The notes: generated from the letters alone by a model not told the origin. DNA of 64,000 nucleotides from an uncultured Eubacteriales bacterium (GCA_964456985.1 CAYWDH010000005.1:17247-81246); one strand, 5' to 3'; positions 19,131 to 28,576 are shown, counted from the stretch's first letter. Program-made: numbers and translations.

Positions 19131-19388
19131 AAAAGAGCCAAGGCACTGAGAAAAAAATGTCCATTTCTTAAAACGGATATACCACCTGCTTTATTCTATA
19201 ATTCTCGTTACCGATAAAAATAATTATGTCTACTTTTCATCAGCGTAACTTCTTTATTTACAACACTTCTTGATTTTACATAAAAAACGGGACGATTATC
19301 GTGAATTTTGTCCCAAAATGGGCAAAAAAACGGGTATATTTTCCCAATCAAGTCCAAAAATACGCCTATTTTTAGCCTTTTTGTCCCA
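19131..19388. repeat. Direct repeat B, copy 1 (~260 bp dif-containing module)
   Basis: Colinear but diverged similarity to 35710-35966, e.g. aaacggata..ccacctgc, gtgaattttg.cccaaaatgg, ttcccaa.caagtccaaaaa. Confidence 0.88.
19207..19234 (+). other. XerC/XerD dif-like recombination site
   Basis: GTTACCGATAA-AAATAA-TTATGTCTACT: 11-6-11 layout, ATAA/TTAT inner palindrome, XerD arm resembling TTATGTTAAAT. Confidence 0.7.
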
Positions 19389-19430
19389 TTTTATTTTGCC
19401 GAACTACCGAAACTTTATGAAAATAACTGC

Positions 19431-19459
19431 TTGACAACCGCACTGTAATGACCTATTTT
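19431..19459 (+). promoter_or_regulatory. Sigma70-type promoter for the terminase module
   Basis: TTGACA-N17-TATTTT. Confidence 0.55.
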
Positions 19460-19716
19460 CTGAATAGGTGTTCCGTTCCCCTGCTTGAACGGGACTTAGG
19501 TATAAAGGTAAATAAACCCCAAGTAAGTCAGTATTAGAGGGTCATCTTCTGGTATAGGTCTGATTGAGTTTGTCTGTCTTATGGCATCTCATAGGGAGAA
19601 ATTTTAGAGAAAATGAAAAGAGACCAGATAGAGGGAATAAAAATGAGAATACAATTAACTATCTACCCTTATAATCGTCGTTTCTGGGGCGTTTCAGAGC
19701 CTTATTTGAGGAGAAT

Positions 19717-20181
19717 TTGACTATGTCTAAGGCTGATTCTGGAAGGGATTCACAAGGAAGATTTACGAAGGGGAATAAAGCCGCCATAAAGCATTATTGC
19801 CATACGTTTCTTGTAACAAATAGACTCCCTAAAATTCGTGGAGTAAGGAAGATTCAGAAGAATCTGGATAGGGTCAGAAAAGAGCTTGAGTCTAGTGTTT
19901 CCAAGATGACTGTCCAGAAGCAAATCCTGATTGACCAAATCGTAAAAACACAGGGTTTTTGCTCACTATTCGAGCTATATGCCAGAAAGATGGGATTATT
20001 TGACCCCCAGGATGGTAAAAAAGGAAAAATCTCTTTTATGCCAGGATTCAAGACTTATATCAGTCTGTTAAACAGTCAGCGGAGGGCATTATTTGCTCTT
20101 GGGTTAGATAGACAGGCTCAAGAGCAGATTTTAACTCCGCTCGAAATCACACAAAAGGAGAGTGGAAATGAAAGATATTAA
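19717..20181 (+). CDS. Putative terminase small subunit
   Basis: GRDSQGRFTKGNKAAIKH N-terminal motif typical of TerS-like proteins; directly upstream of TerL. Confidence 0.6.
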   Translation: MTMSKADSGRDSQGRFTKGNKAAIKHYCHTFLVTNRLPKIRGVRKIQKNLDRVRKELESSVSKMTVQKQILIDQIVKTQGFCSLFELYARKMGLFDPQDGKKGKISFMPGFKTYISLLNSQRRALFALGLDRQAQEQILTPLEITQKESGNERY

Positions 20182-20326
20182 GACTGTTGATGATTTACGA
20201 AGGGAGTATCCAAAACTTGTAAAAGAGATTGAAGATAACGCTCTCATTAGTGGAGGGAAAAAGCACTCATTTGACAGAGAGATACGGAGAGCTAAAGCAC
20301 AGGCAAGGAGACTAGCTGGAGTATAG
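20168..20326 (+). CDS. Small protein (52 aa) between terS and terL, not in the ORF track
   Basis: Own translation MKDIKTVDDLRREYPKLVKEIEDNALISGGKKHSFDREIRRAKAQARRLAGV; RBS ggag; overlaps the terS end and stops 1 nt before the terL ATG. Confidence 0.6.
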   Translation: MKDIKTVDDLRREYPKLVKEIEDNALISGGKKHSFDREIRRAKAQARRLAGV

Positions 20327-20327
20327 A

Positions 20328-21920
20328 ATGAACATTATTCAAGCTCTCGATGACGAAAGATTTTTCAAAGGTCTGTTCAAAGATTCTTCCACCTGGGCGT
20401 CATGGAGAGTTTTTCTCAAAGCATTATTCGGACTTCCAATTGAAGACAAAAAGGAACTTGAGCTTTTCAGGAAATGCACAGGAAGAAAAGAATTTTTATC
20501 TAAGCAAGCTAGAGAATGTTACGTAATAGCAGGGAGACGCTCAGGAAAGTCCTTCATTTCTGCGGTTATCGCTGTATATTTAGCCTGTTTTTTTGACTGG
20601 ACACCTTTTCTAACTACGGGGGAGCTGGGTTCTATTTTCATTATTGCAACGGATAAAGAACAGGCTCGTATTGTTAAGGCTTATATAGACGGGATTCTTA
20701 ACTCGACTCCACATCTTGCGAAAACAATAGAAAAAAGCCTTGTTTGGGAAATTGAATTGAACACAAGAGTAAACATTGCAATCAAAACCGCTTCATTCAA
20801 AACTGTCAGAGGATTCACATTGTTAGCTGTCATAGCTGAAGAACTTGCATTTTGGAGAGATTCAGAGACCTCTGCAAATCCAGCTCAAGAGATTCTAACC
20901 GCACTAAGACCCGCACTTTCAACTATTCCTAATTCTCTCCTTCTTGGAATTTCCACTCCATACAGCCGTTCGGGAGTTCTTTGGGAACATTTTCATAAAC
21001 ACTATGGAAACGACGAAAGAGAGGCTCCTCTAGTCTGGCAAGCTGACACTTTTACTATGAACCCTACAATAAACAAATCCATCATTGAAAACGCTCTCAG
21101 AGATGATTACTCAGCGGCTTCTGCTGAATGGCTTGCCAGATTTAGGGATGACCTTGAGCAGTTCTTATCATTAGAACTTATCGAGCAAGCAGTCATCCCT
21201 GGACGTATCGAACTTCCAAAGATTGCAGACACTCGGTATTTTGCTCATTGTGACCCAAGTGGAGGACGTGGAGACTCAATGACCCTGGCAATCAGTCACA
21301 AGGATTCAGACAGTCAGAAAATCGTCCTGGATGCTGTCAGGGAAGCCAGACCCCCTTTCGTACCCAGAGATGTGGTCAAAGACTTTTCCAAGGTTTTGAA
21401 AAGTTACGGAGTCGAGCGTTTACAGCTTGACCGTTACGCCGCAGAGTGGACTGTTTCAGCTTTTAGAGATGAAGGAATCATGCCAGAGTCGGTAAAGAAA
21501 TCAGCTTCTGAGCTTTATATAAATTTCTTGCCTTTGATAAGCAATCGAAGCATTGAACTCTTAGATAATAAACGACTCGTTTCACAATTTAAATCCCTGG
21601 AGCGAAAAACAAGGAGTGGAGGGCGAGATTTAGTTGACCACCCTCCAGGAGCACACGACGATTTGTCAAATGCTACTGCTGGGGCTTGTGTCCTTGCCTC
21701 TGAGATTCAAGAAAATGATTCAGAAATCATTCTCTCACTTCTAGAAGCAGAGGCGGAATCTATCTTGACAGATGAAGAGGAGCTTGAGCGGCGTTTTACA
21801 ACCTGGCTCTTAGGTGGTGAATTACCTCCGACAAAAGAGGAGCAAGAAGGTAAACCCAGGCAGGGAAAACCAAGGACAGTTTTGACAGTAAGTGAATGGG
21901 ACAGAAGAAATGATAAATAG
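20328..21920 (+). CDS. Terminase large subunit
   Basis: AGRRSGKS Walker A, AVIAEELAFW Walker B, LGISTP coupling motif, RNase-H-like nuclease DPSGGRGDS and HDDLSNA. Confidence 0.88.
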   Translation: MNIIQALDDERFFKGLFKDSSTWASWRVFLKALFGLPIEDKKELELFRKCTGRKEFLSKQARECYVIAGRRSGKSFISAVIAVYLACFFDWTPFLTTGELGSIFIIATDKEQARIVKAYIDGILNSTPHLAKTIEKSLVWEIELNTRVNIAIKTASFKTVRGFTLLAVIAEELAFWRDSETSANPAQEILTALRPALSTIPNSLLLGISTPYSRSGVLWEHFHKHYGNDEREAPLVWQADTFTMNPTINKSIIENALRDDYSAASAEWLARFRDDLEQFLSLELIEQAVIPGRIELPKIADTRYFAHCDPSGGRGDSMTLAISHKDSDSQKIVLDAVREARPPFVPRDVVKDFSKVLKSYGVERLQLDRYAAEWTVSAFRDEGIMPESVKKSASELYINFLPLISNRSIELLDNKRLVSQFKSLERKTRSGGRDLVDHPPGAHDDLSNATAGACVLASEIQENDSEIILSLLEAEAESILTDEEELERRFTTWLLGGELPPTKEEQEGKPRQGKPRTVLTVSEWDRRNDK

Positions 21921-22053
21921 AAGCTTATATCTAACGACGTCCACACCAAAAAGACTGTCCTTCTTTTTCAGGTGTTTTATGCCTATGGAGCAGGGCGGCT
22001 GTTTTTTAAAAAGAACAGTCGCCCTTCCTCCTAAGGTCAAAAGAGAGTGAAAA

Positions 22054-22656
22054 ATGACAAAGAAAGAAATTGAAAAAATCCTTATAAGCAAGATTCTGGA
22101 AAATCCTCATTTTATCCGCTTCGATAAAGCTCCGGCCGTTTACCCAGAACATAATGAACATGCAGGGTTACTCTGGAAGATTTTTTACCTTTTCGAGACC
22201 AGAACATGGACAAGACTCAGCAGGGAAAATGATGGTTTGATTTTGTCTGTTTTGGATAAAATCGCAAAGGAAGGGAAAGCTAAATTTTTCAGTGTGGAAC
22301 TCACAAAAGACATGCATCATGATGACATTCGCTTCAGGTGTGAAATCGGGACAGCGAAAAGGACAAACGGAACCTGTGATGTTAAACAAACAACTATAAG
22401 GCTCTATTCGGATGAACCTCTTACAAAAAAAGAGAAGAAAGAGCCTTACACTATTCTGAATGTTAAAGAGCAATTTGAGAAAATAAGAGAGGAACGAGAC
22501 AAGGCATTCAGAAAAGAGTTCGGATGGAGATACGACTTCGACCTCGAAAAGAAACTCCGCAACCAGGAGCTAAAAGCTCAATCTGAACTGAGACGAAACA
22601 TACGAGCAATCAGAAAATGGACTCAGGAACATGATGAAAAACAAAAAAAGGCTTAA
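22054..22656 (+). CDS. Hypothetical protein of the element core
   Basis: 200 aa ORF with a charged, coiled-coil-like C-terminus. Confidence 0.7.
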   Translation: MTKKEIEKILISKILENPHFIRFDKAPAVYPEHNEHAGLLWKIFYLFETRTWTRLSRENDGLILSVLDKIAKEGKAKFFSVELTKDMHHDDIRFRCEIGTAKRTNGTCDVKQTTIRLYSDEPLTKKEKKEPYTILNVKEQFEKIREERDKAFRKEFGWRYDFDLEKKLRNQELKAQSELRRNIRAIRKWTQEHDEKQKKA

Positions 22657-22749
22657 TATAAAATGGCTCATACTGGTTTTTCAAAGAATAAAGGGGCAGT
22701 CGTTTTTCTAACTTGTAACGACCGCCTCGACTAAAAGAGCAAAGGAAAG

Positions 22750-22884
22750 ATGAGTTATAAAAAGCTTTCAGTCCCAGAAATTAAGAGAGAAAATCCCTGG
22801 GGATATCTCAAAGATAGAATCAGGTTTTTTATTTGGCTTTTAAAGTGGAGTGTCATTCTTTTAATTTTAGGGGTTTGTTTTTAA
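22750..22884 (+). CDS. Possible 44 aa single-pass membrane peptide
   Basis: Own translation MSYKKLSVPEIKRENPWGYLKDRIRFFIWLLKWSVILLILGVCF; aaagga upstream. Confidence 0.4.
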   Translation: MSYKKLSVPEIKRENPWGYLKDRIRFFIWLLKWSVILLILGVCF

Positions 22885-22906
22885 TATGGAAAAAATCTTT
22901 AATCAT

Positions 22907-22949
22907 AGCCAAGAAGGGGAGGTCATTGCTTCTATCCTCCCCTCTGGCT
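22907..22949. terminator. Hairpin, probable terminator
   Basis: agccaagaaggggagg...cctcccctctggct inverted repeat. Confidence 0.5.
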
Positions 22950-23130
22950 CTTCAAAAAATTGGGTTTTTTTGAAAAATGATTAAAATAATAGATAAGGTC
23001 GCTCCGTCGTTTGGAGTGATGGTCATTTAGAACCCAGTTCTGGGTTGGTCATTAGGCTCGAAAAATCGAGCGGTTCCTTGAACTTGCGTTCAGCAAGTGG
23101 TGAATTAAAAAATTTAATAGAAAGGAGCCA

Positions 23131-23571
23131 ATGGCTATGATTAAAAATCCAAACTCAAACCCAAACCTGGGAAGAAGAAATCACCAAACAGCCGTTACTT
23201 TTGATGGTGTACATTACGGACAAACACCAATTGATTTGCTCGCAGACCCTAATATTAAACCACAGCTAAAAGTTTTATATTCAGCTTATCATTTACACTG
23301 TCCGCAAAAATATCTAAGTTCAAATCCGTTTACCTTCGTCAGTCAAAAAAGAATCGGCAGAGAATATCTTGGATGGAGTCAACAAACAGTTTCATATTGG
23401 ACAAAAAAACTTGCAGAGGAAGGCTGGCTGACAATCATAAGACTCGGACAAGGAAAATCCAACATCATCATTTTACACGATAGAAAAGGGAAGCGTATTA
23501 CAGCAAAAGAGCGGAAAAATTTCATCAAATCTGTCAAACTTCAACAGGCTAGATACCAATCCTCTTTGTAA
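23131..23571 (+). CDS. Winged-HTH protein, putative replication initiator / replisome organiser
   Basis: SQKRIGREYLGWSQQTVSYWTKKLAEEGWL HTH pattern; followed immediately by iteron-like repeats. Confidence 0.6.
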   Translation: MAMIKNPNSNPNLGRRNHQTAVTFDGVHYGQTPIDLLADPNIKPQLKVLYSAYHLHCPQKYLSSNPFTFVSQKRIGREYLGWSQQTVSYWTKKLAEEGWLTIIRLGQGKSNIIILHDRKGKRITAKERKNFIKSVKLQQARYQSSL

Positions 23572-24085
23572 CTAGATACCAACCCTCTTTGTGCTAAATA
23601 AATAAGAATAAATAAATAATAAATTTATTATTATCTTTTTTAAGATTTAAATAAATTTATTATTTATGAATAGAAGATATAATGTAATGTATATCTTCTA
23701 TTTACCCTGTGTAATACGCTCTCATACTGTAATACACACTGTAATACACACTGTATTACACACTGTATTACACTTTGTATTACATCCCTCGCTTCGCTCG
23801 GGGAACGCCTTCGGCGTCTCTGAATCTTAGAAAGTTTACTGAACAGACCCTTCAGCATTATTTCAACTTCAGCATTATTAGAAAATGTCCAGAATGTCCA
23901 GATATCAGGAATGTCCAAAATGTCCAGAATGTCCGAAAAAAGGGGACAAAAAGCAAATTGAGTTTACTCAAGAACGACCTTTAAATTAGTGTAATACAGA
24001 GAGTGTATGTAATACGTCCTTAATATAGCTGTAATACATTTCTACCTCAGGGTAATACACAATAATTTTATAGTGTAATACACAA
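23549..24085. repeat. Origin-like region with three families of short direct repeats and an AT-only tract
   Basis: 2x ctagataccaa(t/c)cctctttgt (23549, 23572); AT-only tract ~23596-23670; tandem 12-mers ctgta(a/t)tacaca ~23727-23775 plus scattered gtaatac; aatgtcc repeats ~23884-23934. Confidence 0.75.
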
Positions 24086-24130
24086 TTTCAATCAAAAATA
24101 GCCGTTTTTCATACTCTCACACTGGAGAGA

Positions 24131-25552
24131 TTGAAAATGGATTCTTTACTAAATACAAAACAGCTTTCAGAATACTTAGGAGTATCCAAAAGCACAGTAT
24201 ACAGATACATAAAAAATCTCGGTCTCCCTTACTATCAAATCCAAGATTCAAAACTCCTATTTAAAAAGGAAGAAGTTGATGAGTGGGTGAATCATCACAA
24301 AACAACGTACAAGCTTACTGACAAAATTTTAAATAATTTGTTGACAAATCCTGTTCGAGAAAATATTGATAAGGTTGAAGGAGGTCAAACAGTGGCGAGA
24401 AAAAAGACTCGTCACAATTACGGCTATGGTTCGGTTTATGTCAGGAAAACAAAAAAGGGAATATCAAGGTATTACATCGAGTATTACGATTCAGAAGGAA
24501 AAAGGATTCAGAAAGTAGTAAAAAATGCAGTTGATTGGAATCCTGCACATGAGGCTTTAAGAGATGCTGTCTACAAAGTACATTTCCATAAAATTGACTC
24601 AAAAATTCAAAAGAAAACTATCAGATTTAAATCATTCTCTGAAATCTATCTCAAAGACTATGCTATGAGAAAAAAATCATGGGAACGCTCGGAAAAAGTG
24701 TATTTGAACGCCAGCCTTATCCCCTACTTCGGAAAATATAAAATCAGAAAAATCACACAGCACCACATTGAGCAATTCATTCGTGAGAGACAAGAAAATG
24801 GAGTTAAAAAATCAAGTATCAATCGTGAACTTTCATGTTTGAGTATGATGTTCAAGAAAGCTATCAGTTGGGGATATTTGAGCGAGAATCCATTGGAACA
24901 TATCAAGCGATTTAAGGAGAAAGATAACATGAGGGAAAGAGTCCTGTCAGAAAAAGAAGAGTCAAGGCTTTTAGAAAATTGTGCAGACCATCTGAAGCCT
25001 ATCATCATCACCGCTCTTAACACCGGAATGAGGCTAGGAGAGATTCTACAGCTCAGATGGAGTCAAGTTGACTTTAACACAAGAAGAATCAAAGTAGAAA
25101 ACACAAAAAGCGAAAAGAACAGGGTCATTGGAATCAATGAAGACCTGTACAATGTTTTGAAGCAAAGAAACACTCAAAATCCTTATGTATTCCCGAATCC
25201 TAGCACAGGAAAAGCACTGACTACCGTAAAAACGTCATTCAAAACTGCTTGTAAGAGAGCGGGGATTGAAAATCTGCGTTTTAATGACCTAAGACACACA
25301 TTTGGAACTAGACTCATTCAGAATGGAGTAGACATTGAAACGGTGAGAGATTTAATGGGTCATCACAGCATCGTTGTCACTCAAAGGTACCTTCATACGA
25401 ACGATGAAAGAAGGCGGCTAGCTGTTGAATCATTGACCAATAAAGGGACAAAAAAGGTACAAATCTGTGACACGAACTGTGACACGGGGACAAAAAGCGG
25501 AACACCCAAAAATAACAAAACCCACCCAAATGTATTATTTTCAGCCAATTAA
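24131..25552 (+). CDS. Tyrosine integrase with an in-frame N-terminal excisionase-like HTH
   Basis: LLNTKQLSEYLGVSKSTVYRY (Xis/HTH_17 pattern); catalytic residues in TGMRLGE, FNDLRHTFG, MGH and TQRY; internal aaggaggt-N6-GTG start at 24392. Confidence 0.92.
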   Translation: MKMDSLLNTKQLSEYLGVSKSTVYRYIKNLGLPYYQIQDSKLLFKKEEVDEWVNHHKTTYKLTDKILNNLLTNPVRENIDKVEGGQTVARKKTRHNYGYGSVYVRKTKKGISRYYIEYYDSEGKRIQKVVKNAVDWNPAHEALRDAVYKVHFHKIDSKIQKKTIRFKSFSEIYLKDYAMRKKSWERSEKVYLNASLIPYFGKYKIRKITQHHIEQFIRERQENGVKKSSINRELSCLSMMFKKAISWGYLSENPLEHIKRFKEKDNMRERVLSEKEESRLLENCADHLKPIIITALNTGMRLGEILQLRWSQVDFNTRRIKVENTKSEKNRVIGINEDLYNVLKQRNTQNPYVFPNPSTGKALTTVKTSFKTACKRAGIENLRFNDLRHTFGTRLIQNGVDIETVRDLMGHHSIVVTQRYLHTNDERRRLAVESLTNKGTKKVQICDTNCDTGTKSGTPKNNKTHPNVLFSAN

Positions 25553-25558
25553 AAAAAG

Positions 25559-25611
25559 AGCCAGCGAGAGGATTCGAACCTCCGACCTACTGATTACGAA
25601 TCAGTTGCTCT
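25559..25611 (-). pseudogene. 3' 53 nt of tRNA-Thr(CGT), att junction; 5' half absent
   Basis: Reverse complement AGAGCAACTGATTCGTAATCAGTAGGTCGGAGGTTCGAATCCTCTCGCTGGCT gives anticodon arm (CGT), T-arm and acceptor 3' strand; no 5' acceptor strand adjacent. Confidence 0.9.
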
Positions 25612-25700
25612 TGCAGTGTTTTCCCTATGTTATATGGGTTAGCCAGAAAAAAAGTTTTAGCCAATTATAGCCGTAATTAGGCGTTTTTATTCAAAATCTG
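25583..25700. repeat. Direct repeat A, copy 2
   Basis: Matches 10967-11084. Confidence 0.9.
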
Positions 25701-25834
25701 CGTAAAATCTTAAGTAATCTAAGAGTTAAGTATCATATTTAAATTTGATTGATATCACAAAGTTATATATAATACCAAGGAAAGGAATATTCAATTAAAT
25801 ATAGAATATTTTAGATAATCTAAAAGATTTTCTT

Positions 25835-26974
25835 GTGGATAATTCATTACTAAAATCGTATGATTGGGACTTTGTAGATACCTCTTCAAGTAATGGAGTT
25901 CACTCAATCCACTCATACCCTGCTAAATTTATTCCTCAAATACCTCGTCAGTTAATTAAATTATTTGCAAATGACAAGAGTAGAGTAATTCTTGATCCAT
26001 TTTGTGGCTCAGGAACTACGCTTGTTGAAGCAATTCTAAAGGGATTTGATGCATGGGGAATTGATATAAATCCAGTTTCTTGTCTTATTTCAAGGGTTAA
26101 AACTAGGCGTCTTCCAAATAATTTTCTATTTGTTTTGAGACAAGTGCTTGAAGAGGCAAAAGAGCATTATGCAAACAATACAGTCATACTTCCTGAAATC
26201 CCTCGATTAGACCATTGGTTTAAGAAAGATATTCAAAAAGCTGTTAAAGCTCTTTTAGATAAAATCAACTTGCAGGAGAGCATCCTAATAAAAGAAGGCC
26301 TACAGGTTGCTCTCTCGAAAATTTTGGTACAGGTTTCTAATCAGGAAAGTGATACGCGATATGCTGCTGTCGAAAAAAACGTAACCTATCTAGATGTTTT
26401 TGTTAAATTTGAGAAGGCCGCAGTGATTGTCTTCAATGAATTATCCAAAATATCAGATGACCTCTTTAAAAAGCTTGGCAAAGCCGTGGTGATAAATAAA
26501 GATATTATGAAGACCAAAGGCAAAGATTTGCCTGATAATATCGGTTTAATCATTACTTCACCCCCATATCCGAATGCATATGAGTACTGGCTTTATCATA
26601 AATATAGAATGTATTGGTTAGGAATGGACCCAATAAAAGTGAGAGAGAATGAAATAGGCGCTCGACCTCATTATTTTAAGAAAAATCATCAAGATGAAAG
26701 GGACTTTGAGAATCAGATGAGTAAATGTTTCGAACTTCTGTCACGAGTAATGATAAAGAATGGAAAGGCATGTTTTCTCGTAGGAGATTCTGTTATACAT
26801 GGGAAAACGATTGATAACTCTTTAATATTACATCGAGCGGCAGAGCCATATGGATTTAAAGTAATCGATGAAGTCGAACGCAATATCTTAGTCACACGAA
26901 AGACATTTAATCCAAAACATGGAAGATTAAAAAAAGAAACAATCTTGGTGTTTTCTCTTAATGAAAAGATATGA
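25835..26974 (+). CDS. DNA methyltransferase 1 (probable N4-cytosine)
   Basis: HSYPAKFIP, DPFCGSGTT and TSPPY motifs. Confidence 0.88.
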   Translation: MDNSLLKSYDWDFVDTSSSNGVHSIHSYPAKFIPQIPRQLIKLFANDKSRVILDPFCGSGTTLVEAILKGFDAWGIDINPVSCLISRVKTRRLPNNFLFVLRQVLEEAKEHYANNTVILPEIPRLDHWFKKDIQKAVKALLDKINLQESILIKEGLQVALSKILVQVSNQESDTRYAAVEKNVTYLDVFVKFEKAAVIVFNELSKISDDLFKKLGKAVVINKDIMKTKGKDLPDNIGLIITSPPYPNAYEYWLYHKYRMYWLGMDPIKVRENEIGARPHYFKKNHQDERDFENQMSKCFELLSRVMIKNGKACFLVGDSVIHGKTIDNSLILHRAAEPYGFKVIDEVERNILVTRKTFNPKHGRLKKETILVFSLNEKI

Positions 26975-28575
26975 AAGTAAAATTTCACTGGCACAATTAT
27001 AAATATTTCCCATATGAAAAAGACTTAGCTAGACGAGAATTGTTATCCTTAACAAAAACTAAGCCAAAACTAACAAAAGAGAATATAGCTGTAGAAGCTC
27101 CAAATAGCTGGAAAGATATTGCATTCAGAACTACCTATTTTCGGGAAGCGATAGCAGAAGATGGGACTATAATAATACCCCAACAAGCTCATTTTGAACT
27201 TACAGCAAATGGGGTATCTGAATCAGGGGACTTTGGTGGTTCATTATCCCTTAACCATCAGTCAACCAGATATTCTGCACATGGAATTCACGAATTCCGT
27301 GGAAAGTACAATCCACAGATAGTACGAGCAATAGGCAACATAGTTGGCATTAAACCTGGGGATTGGATTATTGACCCTTTTTGCGGGAGTGGGACGACGT
27401 TGTTAGAATCAGCCCATACTGGTTGGAACGCTGTCGGGATTGAATTGAATCCTCTTGGTGTAGAGATTACAAACGCTAAAATTGCCTCTATAAAAGTGCC
27501 TGAAGACATGTTAATTGCTGAAACTACAAAGTTAAAAGAGAATTTGAAAAAAAAATGGAATTCTTATTCTTTCGAAAAAGCATTTTTAAAAAAACAAATT
27601 GATTCATTACAAAAAACAAGTCTAGATAATATATTTCTCAATTGGAATTATCTTAAAAAGTGGTTTTCTGGGTCAGTACTAATACAAGTTGCATCTATAG
27701 TCGAAGAAATAAAGAAGCTTTCTCTTCCAGACATACAAAATATATACAAAATATTCTTGAGTGATATTTTGCGTCATGTTTCTTTTCAGGATCCTGGAGA
27801 TTTAAGAATAAGGCGAAGGAAACATCCTGCTCCCAATTATCCTGTAATACCATTATTTGTTGAATCCATTTCATCAAAAATAAAAAATATCATATTAGCC
27901 AGAAAATTCATTTCAGATGATAAAACTTATCAAAAAGCGATTCTTGAAGATACCCGATATATTTCAGAGAGAATCAATGAACATAAAATGCCTAAGGATA
28001 GTGAAATTTTTGATGCTGCTATTACAAGCCCTCCTTACGCTACTGCACTCCCATATATTGATACTTCTAGATTGAGCCTTACTCTGCTCAACTTTATAAC
28101 ATCAGATATTATTCATAAGACAGAAAAAAAATTGATTGGAAGTAGAGAAATTACCGAAAAAGAGAGGCAAAGTTATTATGAATCCATTGTCACTAATCGA
28201 AATAAACTTCCTAAAGAATGCATTAATTTGTGTAGAAGGCTAAGAAATGCAGTTAATTTTGAAACAGACGGATTTAGAAGAAAAAACGTTCCTGCTTTAC
28301 TTTATAAATATTTTGTAGATATGCAATTGACATTTAAACAGATGTCCAATCTCCTTCGTCTTCATGCGCCTTATGCAATTGTTATAGGAATGAATAGGAC
28401 AACACTTGGTGGTAAAGAATTTATTATTAATACCCCTCTGTTGTTGACTCGCCTGGCTGAAGAAAGCGGATTTTCATTAGAGAAAAAAATTAGATTGAAT
28501 ACATATCAGCGTTTTGACATTCATAAATTGAATTCAATTAGGGATGAAATATTGCTAATTTTAAGGAAAACATAG
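26971..28575 (+). CDS. DNA methyltransferase 2 (probable N4-cytosine) with N-terminal extension
   Basis: HEFRGKYNP, DPFCGSGTT and TSPPY motifs; ATGA overlap with MTase 1. Confidence 0.88.
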   Translation: MKVKFHWHNYKYFPYEKDLARRELLSLTKTKPKLTKENIAVEAPNSWKDIAFRTTYFREAIAEDGTIIIPQQAHFELTANGVSESGDFGGSLSLNHQSTRYSAHGIHEFRGKYNPQIVRAIGNIVGIKPGDWIIDPFCGSGTTLLESAHTGWNAVGIELNPLGVEITNAKIASIKVPEDMLIAETTKLKENLKKKWNSYSFEKAFLKKQIDSLQKTSLDNIFLNWNYLKKWFSGSVLIQVASIVEEIKKLSLPDIQNIYKIFLSDILRHVSFQDPGDLRIRRRKHPAPNYPVIPLFVESISSKIKNIILARKFISDDKTYQKAILEDTRYISERINEHKMPKDSEIFDAAITSPPYATALPYIDTSRLSLTLLNFITSDIIHKTEKKLIGSREITEKERQSYYESIVTNRNKLPKECINLCRRLRNAVNFETDGFRRKNVPALLYKYFVDMQLTFKQMSNLLRLHAPYAIVIGMNRTTLGGKEFIINTPLLLTRLAEESGFSLEKKIRLNTYQRFDIHKLNSIRDEILLILRKT

Positions 28576-28576
28576 A

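Larger units (their letters stand above)
10967..25607. mobile_element. Integrative phage-satellite-like element 1 (~14.6 kb) at a tRNA-Thr att site
   Basis: Bounded by a 25 bp identical direct repeat; tyrosine integrase abuts the right repeat; terminase genes, origin-like repeats, defence cargo; visibly AT-richer than the flanks. Confidence 0.85.

Noticed and set aside
23549-24085. CRISPR array
   Set aside because: Repeats are 7-21 bp, mostly abutting, with no unique 30-40 bp spacers and no cas genes.
25559-25611. Intact tRNA-Thr gene
   Set aside because: Only the 3' 53 nt are present; the adjoining sequence has no D-arm 5' strand or acceptor 5' strand.
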